Assembly: GCF_963921235.1 (NCBI RefSeq)
Contig: NC_086109.1
Span: forward strand, 12,648,001-12,712,000
DNA length: 64,000 nucleotides
Direction of reading: 5' to 3'
DNA from: Mobula hypostoma
Taxonomy: Eukaryota
Positions 12,759 through 22,069 of the stretch are shown one piece after another. The position numbers and the translations under genes were made by a program. Below the pieces are notes generated by a model, which saw only the letters and a program-made list of their open reading frames with translations, did no database searches and was not told the DNA's origin. Positions within the stretch are counted from its first letter, which is position 1, and every line of letters starts with the position of its first letter.

Positions 12759-14540
12759 GTGAATTGATTATGGGGAGCAAGGACATGGCAGAACAATTGA
12801 ATAATTACTTTGGTTCTGTCTTCACTAAGGAGGACATAAATAATCTTCCAGAAATAGTAGGGGATAGAGGGTCCAGTGAGATGGAGGAACTGAGCGAAAT
12901 ACATGTTAGTAGGGAAGTGGTGTTAGGTAAATTGAAGGGATTGAAGGCAGATAAATCCCCAGGGCCAGATGGTCTGCATCCAAGAGTGCTTAAGGAAGTA
13001 GCCCAAGAAATAGTGGATGCATTAGTGATAATTTTTCAAAACTCGTTAGATTCTGGACTAGTTCCTGAGGATTAGAGGGTGGCTAATGTAACCCCACTTT
13101 TTAAAAAAGGAGGGAGACAGAAACTGGGGAATTATAGACCGGTTAGCCTAACGTCGGTGGTGGGGAAACTGCTGGAGTCAGTTATTAAGGATGTGATAAC
13201 AGCACATTTGGAAAGCGGTGAAATCATCGGACAAAGTCAGCATGGATTTGTGAAAGGAAAATCATGTCTGACGAATCTCATAGAATTTTTTGAGGATGTA
13301 ACTAGTAGAGTGGATAGGGGAGAACCAGTGGATGTGGTATATTTGGGTTTTCAAAAGGCTTTTGACAAGGTCCCACACAGGAGATTAGTGTGCAAACTTA
13401 AAGCACACGGTATTGGGGGTAAGGTATTGGTGTGGGTGGAGAATTGGTTAGCAGACAGGAAGCAAAGAGTGGGAATAAACGGGACCTTTTCAGAATGGCA
13501 GGCGGTGACTAGTGGGGTACCGCAAGGCTCAGTGCTGGGACCCCAGTTGTTTACAATATATATTAATGACTTGGATGAGGGAATTAAATGCAGCATCTCC
13601 AAGTTTGCGGATGACACGAAGCTGGGTGGCAGTGTCAGCAGTGAGGAGGATGCTAAGAGGATACAGGGTGACTTGGATAGGTTGGGTGAGTGGGCAAATT
13701 CATGGCAGATGCAATTTAATGTGGATAAATGTGAAGTTATCCACTTTGGTGGCAAAAATAGGAAAACAGATTATTATCTGAATGGTGGCCGATTAGGAAA
13801 AGGGGAGGTGCAACGAGACCTGGGTGTCATTATACACCAGTCATTGAAAGTGGGCATGCAGGTACAGCAGGCGCTGAAAAAGGCGAATGGTATGCTGGCA
13901 TTTATAGCGAGAGGATTCGAGTACAGGAGCAGGGAGGTACTACTGCAGTTGTACAAGGCCTTGGTGAGACCACACCTGGAGTATTGTGTGCGGTTTAGGT
14001 CCCCTAATCTGAGGAAAGACATCTTTGCCATAGAGGGAGTACAAAGAAGGTTCACCAGATTGATTCCTGGGATGGCAGGACTTTCATATGAAGAAAGACT
14101 GGATGAACTGGGCTTGTACTCGTTGGAATTTAGAAGATTGAGGGGGGATCTGATTGAAACGTATAAGATCCTAAGGGGATTGGACAGGCTAGATGCAGGA
14201 AGATTGTTCCCAATGTTGGGGAAGTCCAGAACGAGGGGTCACAGTTTGAGGATAGAGGGGAAGCCTTTTAGGACCGAGATTAGGAAAAACCTCTTCACAC
14301 AGAGAGTGGTGAATCTGTGGAATTCTCTGCCACAGGAAACTGTTGAGGCCAGTTCATTGGCTATATTTAAGAGGGAGTTAGATATGGCCCTTGTGGCTAC
14401 GGGGGTCAGGGGGTATGGAGGGAAGGCTGGGGCGGGGTTCTGAGTTGGATGATCAGCCATGATCATAATAAATGGCGGTGCAGGCTCGAAGGGCCGAATG
14501 GCCTACTCCTGCACCGATTTTCTATGTTTCTATGTTTCTA
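12759..14540 (+). mobile_element. 5'-truncated CR1-type LINE (young family, copy 1)
   Basis: ORFs 12764-13075 and 13079-14443 encode RT (NYRPVSLTS, GVPQGSVLGP, FADD), split by a TAG; motif A Asp is mutated (YLGFQKAFD). (TTTCTATG)n 3' tail. Confidence 0.95.
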
Positions 14541-14661
14541 TCTCCATGTAACCAATCAGCCTTTTACTCAAACCATGAGTTTCCACCTGCCAATCATGTA
14601 CTCTTGCTTGACTGCACTGGGTAAACACGTGAGACTGAATTTTCTTTCCCTGCCTCAACAG

Positions 14662-14707
14662 GACGTGAATATACATGTGAAACATTTACAACAGTATCAA
14701 CTGCAAG
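14662..14707 (+). CDS. Stalk exon of a CD300/MDIR-like receptor (orphan 3' half)
   Basis: Pyrimidine tract ttttctttccctgcctcaacAG, reading (G)REYTCETFTTVSTA(R), strong donor AAG|GTAAGT, phase 1 to phase 2. Homologous to the exon at 62972. Confidence 0.7.
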
Positions 14708-15441
14708 GTAAGTCACTTGATCCAGTTCTGTTTAAATGTACAATGTTCTCATTGCTGGTGCTGTGATTGGCTCCCCTCCCATATGAGAGATAATTCAGGG
14801 GAAAATTATAATTTCATTTACTTGGACTGAATGCCTGTGAGAATATTGTTTTCATTTTCACAACCAGTAGTACAACCAACGCTCGACAACATGTTTTAAT
14901 CCCAGGAGACCAAGATAAACTAATCTCTAAATATTCTGCAACAACTTTCGACATGAAAGTTGATATATGTTTTTACTTTGTAAGTAGATTATTGGAATGG
15001 ATAATGGAAAACCAAAGGAGATAACTTCATTCAATTTCATTTGCCCCATCACTGATTTGTGTAAGCAACAAATGGACTCATTTTAAAGGACACTTCATCT
15101 TATGTACCTGATACTTCCAGCTATTTTATTTATTTATTATTATTATGGCTTCTTTTTCTCTTTGCACAGTTTGTTGCTTTTTGCACACTGGTTGAACACT
15201 CCAGTTGGGTGGCTTTTCATTCATTCTGTTGTGGTTATTAATCTATAGATTTACTGAGTATGCCCACAAGAAATTGAATCTCAGGGTTGTATATGATGAC
15301 AGATATGTATTTTGGTAATAAATCCACTTTGAACTTTAAGCTTCAGGGTTCAGATAATGCTGTTGTGTAACAGGTTCATATGGTCCCAGAGTTGTACAAC
15401 ACAGACAAAGACCATGTGGATTTCCACTGCACATCCATCTA

Positions 15442-15836
15442 CAGTATACTGCAAATGCTTTAGGCATCTTCGATTCTTATATGGTCTCAGATGGTATCAT
15501 CTCCAGAGTCCTGATCACAACACCGAGGCTGTCTGTGATTGCTTGGAGAAGCAGAAGCCAAAGTCTGCAAAGGAAATGTGGCAAGTTCTCCAAGACACTT
15601 GGAACAACCTAGCAGCTGATTTTCTTATAAAACTGCATGACAGGGTACCCGAAAGAATTGAACTAGTTTTAAAGGCAAAGTGTGGTGACACCCAACTTTG
15701 ATTTGATTTAGTTTATTGCTGCTTAATGCACATTATAGTATTTTTAAATATTTAAATATTTTTCATTTCATTACTTTTGAAAGCATCGTCACTTTACAGA
15801 ATTCTCTTAAATGCACCTATATTTTGCACAGTAATG
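15442..15836 (+). mobile_element. Internally deleted Tc1-like element
   Basis: TA-flanked degenerate TIRs (CAGTATACTGCAAATG..TTTTGCACAGTAATG); transposase C-terminus QSPDHNTEAVCDCLEKQKPKSAKEMWQVLQDTWNNL..KAKCGDT. Confidence 0.8.
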
Positions 15837-16642
15837 TATCTAAACCCTATCTTCCAGCACAAGGTCCAAAGCCTACTATGGAGGTGTGACTTGAGATCTC
15901 ATTCAGACACTCCACAAACATTGACTGTGACTCTTTTTCCACCACTCTCTGGGTGAAAACAATCACTTCAAATCTAAATTCATGTCATCTAGTTTCATTT
16001 GCCTCTGAGAATGGAGAAGTTTGCTGTCACCTTTCCAACCTGTACATCTCATAATTTTATGTCCTTGGTGAAAAGGATTTTGAAGAATTACAGAGGATCT
16101 TGATGAGCTGAGTTTTTGGGCTGAGGAATAGCAAATGGAGTTTAATTCAGAATTGTGCAAAGTCTTGCATTTTCAAAAGTCAAATCAAGTAAGACTTTCG
16201 AAGTGATTGGTTGGGCCCTGGGAAGTGTTAAAGAACAACGGGATCTTGGAATTCAGGTACATGGTTCCTTGAAAGTGGAGTCACTATAGTGAAGAAGGTT
16301 TCTGGTATTAGAGTAGAGAATCTGGTACTCTGCTAAAAAAGAGAATTGTTATTCAACTGGATGAAGTGCAGAAAAGATTTCAAAGCTCAAAGTAAATTTA
16401 TTATCAAGGGAAATTTATTATACAACCCTGAGATTCATTTTCTAGTAGATCTACTGTAATTCCAACAACCATAATAGCATCAGTGAATGACTGCATTGCA
16501 AGATGTTGCCATTGCCTCGAGAAAATATGGTTTTATTCCAACTGATGATGTTTTTCTCCCTTCTCCAATCTGCCATTCAGTCAACATTATTTACTCCTCC
16601 AGCTCTGCTTATTTACCTCGCTCCACTCCACTAATGTTACAG

Positions 16643-16654
16643 AGAAAACAGGAG
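16643..16654 (+). CDS. 12-bp micro-exon between stalk and TM exons
   Basis: ttacAG|AGAAAACAGGAG|GTAAGT. Phase 2 to phase 2 keeps the frame between 14707 and 16727 (R-E-N-R-S). Confidence 0.5.
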
Positions 16655-16726
16655 GTAAGTATTTCAAACACAAAGCCATCTCGTTTCTGTATCTCACCTG
16701 TTCTGTTATTCTTCCCCTTTACGCAG

Positions 16727-16817
16727 TTTCATGATATTGAAGGTTGGTCGTTGGCTGCTCTTCGCTCTCCTGATGATCTGCACTATTTCGGTCACGTGGT
16801 TCACAAGGGAAACCAAG
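16727..16817 (+). CDS. Transmembrane exon with basic residue (activating-type receptor)
   Basis: ttcttcccctttacgcAG acceptor, (S)FMILKVGRWLLFALLMICTISVTWFTRETK, donor AAG|GTAGGC. Confidence 0.8.
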
Positions 16818-17031
16818 GTAGGCTTATGGAAAACAATAGAATTTGCATTCAAATATACTGATCATTTGAGGATGGTCAATCCAAAGCTATCTGCAGATGA
16901 TATTGACAAGATGTTGACACACTGTATGTATGCAGAATGCTTGATGTGAATATATTGGAATTCAAGCTCCAGATACAACTCTAAATCAGAGTTCCCAGTG
17001 TCGATGAGTCTGATGATTTGACCTTTTGCAG

Positions 17032-17079
17032 AGACGCGATGAATCAGATCCTCCCAGACTGGTCTATAAGGTAAAGTGA
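17032..17079 (+). CDS. Short cytoplasmic exon
   Basis: ccttttgcAG acceptor in phase 0, RRDESDPPRLVYK, then either donor AAG|GTAAAG at 17071 or read-through VK-stop (TGA 17077-17079). Confidence 0.55.
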   Translation, partial: RRDESDPPRLVYKVK

Positions 17080-19075
17080 AGGCTTCTGGATCACACAGAT
17101 TCTGCTGGAATTTCACACCAAGATGAAATAGTCATACTTTTTCAGAATATGGACATATTTAACATCTGCGGAGAATTAACCTCTCTTGTCATTCATTAAC
17201 AACTTCATGAAGGTGAAAAAAAAATGTTACCATACTTAAGGACATTGAGTTTTTTTAGCATTCCATTTCCAACATGTCACCTTCACAGATCTCAATTGTA
17301 TGGCACCTTTTCACAATGTTTTCTTTTTGTTGCGCAAGCAACGATTTTTAACCCTGTCATGGCTGTGAACTGCTTAAGACCAGTTTACTCTATTAAATGC
17401 TGTTCTATGGACTCAAATGCCTGAGGTTGTTGTTGTATGTTTCAATAATTAATAAACAATCAGCTAATATTTTTATTAACAAATTGTTGATGCTAATAAC
17501 TAATTTATCCTCTTGGCTTAGTTGAGAATGAAAATTCAAACATGCTGAACAGATCACATTCAGGTTCCTGGATTTTCTTGATGGAATCAAGACCATAGGG
17601 CCATAAACACAGGAGCAGGGTAAGGCCATTTGGCCCATAAAGTTTGCTTCGGCATTCTATCATAGCTGATATATTATCCCAGTAAACTCTATTCTCCTGC
17701 CCTCACTAATGAATATACCCAATGACTTGGTCTCCACAGCCATCTGTAATAATGAATTCCACAGATTCACCACCTCTGATGAAGGATATTCCTCCTTATT
17801 TCTGTTCTGAAGGGATGTCCCTCCATTCTGAGACTGTCCTTTGGTCCTTGGCTCCCCTACTAGTGGAAGCTGTATTTAATATTTCAGTTCTATATGAGTA
17901 ATCTTGTGTGTTTGTGTGTGTGTGAAAATAATAAATTATGGGTTACATGTATAAATATGAGCTAGAATGATGATATATTTAATTCACATGATACATACAC
18001 GCCTCACTTGAAGTCAAGAATATTCCCCGACTCCCGTATTTCCTTTTGAATTAGTTTGATGTTTTGATGTTACAAAACATACATTGGCAATGACGTATCT
18101 TTAAAATGAATGTTAGGTAGCTGTCAACCTGTTGAAACGCAGAGAAATATTTGAACTAAAAAAAACACTGCAAGTTAAAAAAATCGTAGCCCAGCACATA
18201 CAAAGATGGTCAAGTTTAATTAAAAAACACCACAGCGCATGTTCTTCTGAAGGGAGAACACAATCAAGTTTTAAAAATGTCAGATATCAGAAGAATTCAT
18301 CCATTCGTAAAGAGTGAGTACTGGGCGATAATCATCATTTAAAACAGCAGACACAGATGGCTACATTAGAAAGATTTGCTTGTCTGATTCCATTGCAGAT
18401 AATTGGAATGTGTATCATCGTTGTTAGGTTGCATCTGGAATTTCCAGTTGGCGGAAAATTTCCCTCCACGCCGCTCTGACATATTGGGAAATCATGTACG
18501 TGGCAGGGGAATATGTATACTGAGCTAATTCAACACTAGCTTGAAGAAAATGTAATAGACAACAAGAAATGAGTGCAAATTTTTCCAAGTACTTTGCCTT
18601 TAAAGGCATATAGTTTGCTTCAAAGTTTGACTGCTCCAAACAAACCAGCAGAAATTAGCTTTGCTAATATTCTCAAGAACATTTAGAAACAATGCCACTG
18701 TTTATTGCAGAAAGCTTTAGGTTTCATAAGCAGAATCTAAAAGAAGGGGAGCCCACTTCAGTGTTCGTGGCTGAATTGAAGAGATTGCCTGACCATTGTC
18801 ACCTCAATAATAGGCTTAAAGATGTACTGAGAGATTATTTATTTTGTGGAATCTTTCAAGAAAGCATTCAAAAATGACTCCTAACTGTAGCACAACTTAC
18901 ATTCAAGAGAGCAGGTAAAATTGCTGTTTCAATGGAAACCACACACAGAGATACAATTAAATTGCAGTCAGGAATGAAGGTGAGTGTGAACAAATTACAT
19001 TGTCCAAACATAAACCGGCCTAGCTGAACAAATTGTGTTACCATTGTGTCAGGGGCTCACATTCACCAAACAAGT

Positions 19076-19755
19076 TGTCATAGTCCGGTCCGTGAAGTCC
19101 GTGTTCCGGTTCACGGTCCGGTTCATGGTTCCTCGTTCCAGGTTTTCTGGTTTTCCCCAGTTTCTGTTTGGGTCACATGTTTCTCATTTTGGGGCTGAGA
19201 CATAAATACCTCTACGAACCAGGAATTCCCTGCTGGACTGTCCTGCTCCCCTCCCTGTCTTTTCCCCCTTGCCTGACTCTCTGCCTGGATACCTTGCCTG
19301 ACTCTCTGCCTGCTCACTTCAAGACCAAGACCCCAAGCCTCAAGACCAGCACCCCCAGCCTGTCTCCAAGCCTCAAGACCAAGACCCCAAGCCTGTCTCC
19401 AAGCCTCAAGACCAAAACCCAAAGCCTGTCTCCAAGCCTCAAGACCAAGACCCCTAGCCTGTCTCCAAGCCTCCAGCCTCAAGACCCCTAGCCTGTCTCC
19501 AAGCCTCAAGCCTCAAGACCCCAACCTCCAGTCCTGCAGTCATGTCACGTCCATGCCTGGTTCTGGGACCTAAGACAAGACCCAGGTTTTGGGTCCTTGT
19601 CCAGTCTCTGGCTTGGGGTCCAAGCCCTAGTCTGCGTTCTTGTCCCTGCTCCTTGTCTGTATCCTGTGATGTCCCTACTCTAGTCGAGTCCTGTTCCTTG
19701 TACTTCAGTGTCTGTTTCTTGTATTTGGGTCCATTCCCAGAACCCCATTGTGACA
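19076..19755 (+). mobile_element. Solo LTR nested in the Gypsy gag zinc-knuckle region, carrying a ~33-bp minisatellite
   Basis: TGTCA..TGTGACA ends; 5-bp TSD CAAGT/CAAAT; repeats of ccaagcctcaagaccaagaccccaagcctgtct at ~19315-19520. Confidence 0.9.
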
Positions 19756-20409
19756 CAAATACAGGTTTAAAGCTAAAGCTTGCAGAAAGTGCAACAAAGT
19801 AGGACACATACAAAGAACTTGCCAGCCTGACAAAAATAAATGGATGGTACTAGGAAGAAAAAAAGCTAAAAAGTCAACTTGCAGCTTCGAAGAAGCACTA
19901 ATCTGCATGCTGTAGATGAAAAATCTGATTATGATGAGAGTGACACAGGACTGCATAGCCTTGAGCTTTACTGTATGAAAATTAACAACAAACAAGCAAT
20001 GTGGCTTACACCAGGAGTAAACGGCAAATTAATAAAATGGAATTAGGCACTGGTTCAGCTGTTTCAGTCATCCCACAAAATGAGTTTAAACAGCATTTGA
20101 AAGATACCAAAGTGAAGCCTGCAAATATTCAACTGAGAACTTATACTAGCAAAAGGATAACTCCTGTGGGAATGACATTCAGAACTGTGAGCCACATGGA
20201 GCTTGTATGTGGTAAAAACAGAAGGACCAGAGTTGTGGGGACTTGATTGGCTGAGACAACTGCTACTCGATTGGAGATCCATCCACCAATTGCATGCCAC
20301 ATCCCTTGCAATGAAGCCAACTGAAACCAAATTAAGAAAGGTACTAGATAATGCCACAACTGCCTCTTTGACATACACCATAAACCATTGCCTAACTGAG
20401 AACAAACAA

Positions 20410-20968
20410 GTGTTGGTTCCAACTTCCATGCCTCTGGTTGGAAAGCATATTCTAGTAAGGAAGGGCCACGCTGCTCAGAGGAAGAGTGAAAATGATGAAA
20501 GTACTAGTCGGACTACAACAGTTTTTATAGGCAACATGTCTGAGAAAGCTTCTGATATGTTAATCAGTCAGTTACTTGTGAAATGTGGCTTGGTTTTAAC
20601 TGGAGGAGAGTTTAAGGATCTTCAGGAAAGTTGCAAGCATTTAGCTTTTCTGAGTATAAAGAACTGGAATCTGCTCTGTGTGTTTTATGGTTGTTTCAGG
20701 AATGTCAAGTAGGGGAAAAAATTGCTTGTAAAAGTAGATGCAAAGAGCAAAGACCAAAGCCCGGATCGATGAAAGGAAGGCCAAAAAGAAATAGAGTCAA
20801 AGGAGAGACAAAAACAGAGGATTTGCCACATGTTGTGGATGAGGAAACCTAGAGGACAGATCAGGTTGTAAACGGAGCAATAGAAGGATTAATAATAGAA
20901 TACTCCAGTGAAGTAAATGCATGAACTAGAAGAAGAAATGGGAAAGAGAAGAAAGATGTCCATCGCAG
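20410..20968 (+). pseudogene. RBM25: Processed (intronless) RBM25 fragment covering the RRM and following region
   Basis: VLVPTSMPLVGKH..ENDE..TTTVFIGNMSEKASDMLISQLLVKCGLVL / WRRV*GSSGKLQAFSFSEYKELES / LLVKVDAK..KTKARIDERKAKKK / DEET*RTDQVVNGAIEGLIIEYSSEVNA / KEKKDVHR. This is colinear with the RBM25 sequence I recall (TTTVFVGNISEKASDMLIRQLLAKCGLVLSWKRVQGASGKLQAFGFCEYKEPES..IKGAIEVLIREYSSELNA). Several stops and frameshifts, no introns. Confidence 0.9.
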
Positions 20969-21663
20969 TCAGAACCACTTCCTGCAGTCTCAGAGTCAAC
21001 AGCTCCTACAACCACTGTGGAGGAGGCCCCAGAACCTGAGATGGTTTCACAGCTACAAGTCTCACCTGCTAAGCAGAGTGATCCTCTTTTTCAGGAAGGA
21101 TGATATGCCACAAGAGTATGAAATCCTTCATATAGTGTACTGTATATATAGTGAGATGCATTTTCTATTCAGATGGAATTTATACCTAAGCTGCAAGGAG
21201 TGTTGTGTATTTAATTTTTCAGTAGCATTTGAGAAATATTGTAAATATTGTTTGATTAAGTATTCTTGTTTGTTTAAGTAATTAAATATGGTTCATAAGT
21301 AAAAGATATGAATTGATATGTCATGACACCAACACGTGATACATGCGCGCCTCACTTAAAGTAAAAACACAGTCTAAGATTCTCATTTCTCAGCGCTGTT
21401 GTTTGCTTTGAATTTGTTTACTGTTTTGGAGCTGCAAACCATAACAGGAACTTTTCATCAAATCCAGTTTCAGGTCAGGGATTCCTCATCAGGTCTGAGT
21501 TAAAAATGGAAGAGCGTTAGTTTAGAAAATTGATCTGGTAGGAGGAGTGATGTTAAGATAAAAGAGTATACAGTTGATTCCCAGGTTATGATCACTTGAC
21601 TTATGGACACTTGTGCACACAAATGAACCTCTGTAACGTTACTTAATTCAAATTTCCAATGTA

Positions 21664-22054
21664 CATTACTGTGCAAAAGTCTTAGGCATCCCAAGATAGT
21701 ATAGCCTTCACCGAGTCCTGATCTCAACATCATACAGGCTATCTGGGGTTACCTGGAGAGTCAGAAGCAAACAAGACAGCCCAAGTCTGAAGAACAGTGG
21801 CAAGTTCTCCAAGTTGCTTGGAAAATACAGCTGAGTTTCTTATAAAACTGCATAACTGTGTGCCTAAGGGAATGGATGCTGTTCTAATGGCAAAGAGTGG
21901 TCACACCAAATATCGATTTTATTTAGCTTTTTTCTGTTTACTGCACTTTATAGTAAATATGTGATATTCAGTACCTTGACATTTCATTATTTTTGGAAGC
22001 CTCTTCGCTTTATAAAATATTTTTACTTATGCCTACAACTTCTGCACAGTACTG
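21664..22054 (+). mobile_element. Internally deleted Tc1-like element (same family as 15442)
   Basis: TA|CATTACTGTGCAAAAGTCTTAGGCAT..ATGCCTACAACTTCTGCACAGTACTG|TA; SPDLNII.AIWGYLE..QPKSEE.WQVLQ transposase remnant. Confidence 0.85.
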
Positions 22055-22069
22055 TATATACATATGTTT

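Larger units (their letters stand above)
17871..21446 (+). mobile_element. Non-autonomous Gypsy (K02A2.6-like) LTR element with pol replaced by a host-gene fragment
   Basis: 5' LTR 17871-18083 and 3' LTR 21201-21446 share tgtatttaat..ttcag and gcctcactt-aagt; PBS-like ttggcaatgacg at 18084. Gag PLFIAESFRFHKQN.KEGE..FVAELKRL..CHLNNRLKDVLRD..CGI..ESIQK; zinc knuckles; protease MELGTGSAVSVI; integrase tail SEPLPAVSES at 20969; purine tract before the 3' LTR. Confidence 0.9.

Noticed and set aside
17050-17079. LVYKV as an ITIM in the cytoplasmic exon
   Set aside because: Position +3 after Tyr is K on read-through, and no next exon could be identified with confidence.
19123-19509. Repetitive ORFs (LEAWRQA.. 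/ SLSPSLKTKT..) and similar ORFs at 10196-11068, 27567-28003 and 44634-45700
   Set aside because: They are translations of LTR tandem repeats, open on both strands, with no splice or domain support.
19315-19520. Regularly spaced repeats resembling a CRISPR array (also 28020-28215, 44880-45120)
   Set aside because: There are no unique spacers and no cas genes; these are head-to-tail minisatellites inside eukaryotic LTRs.
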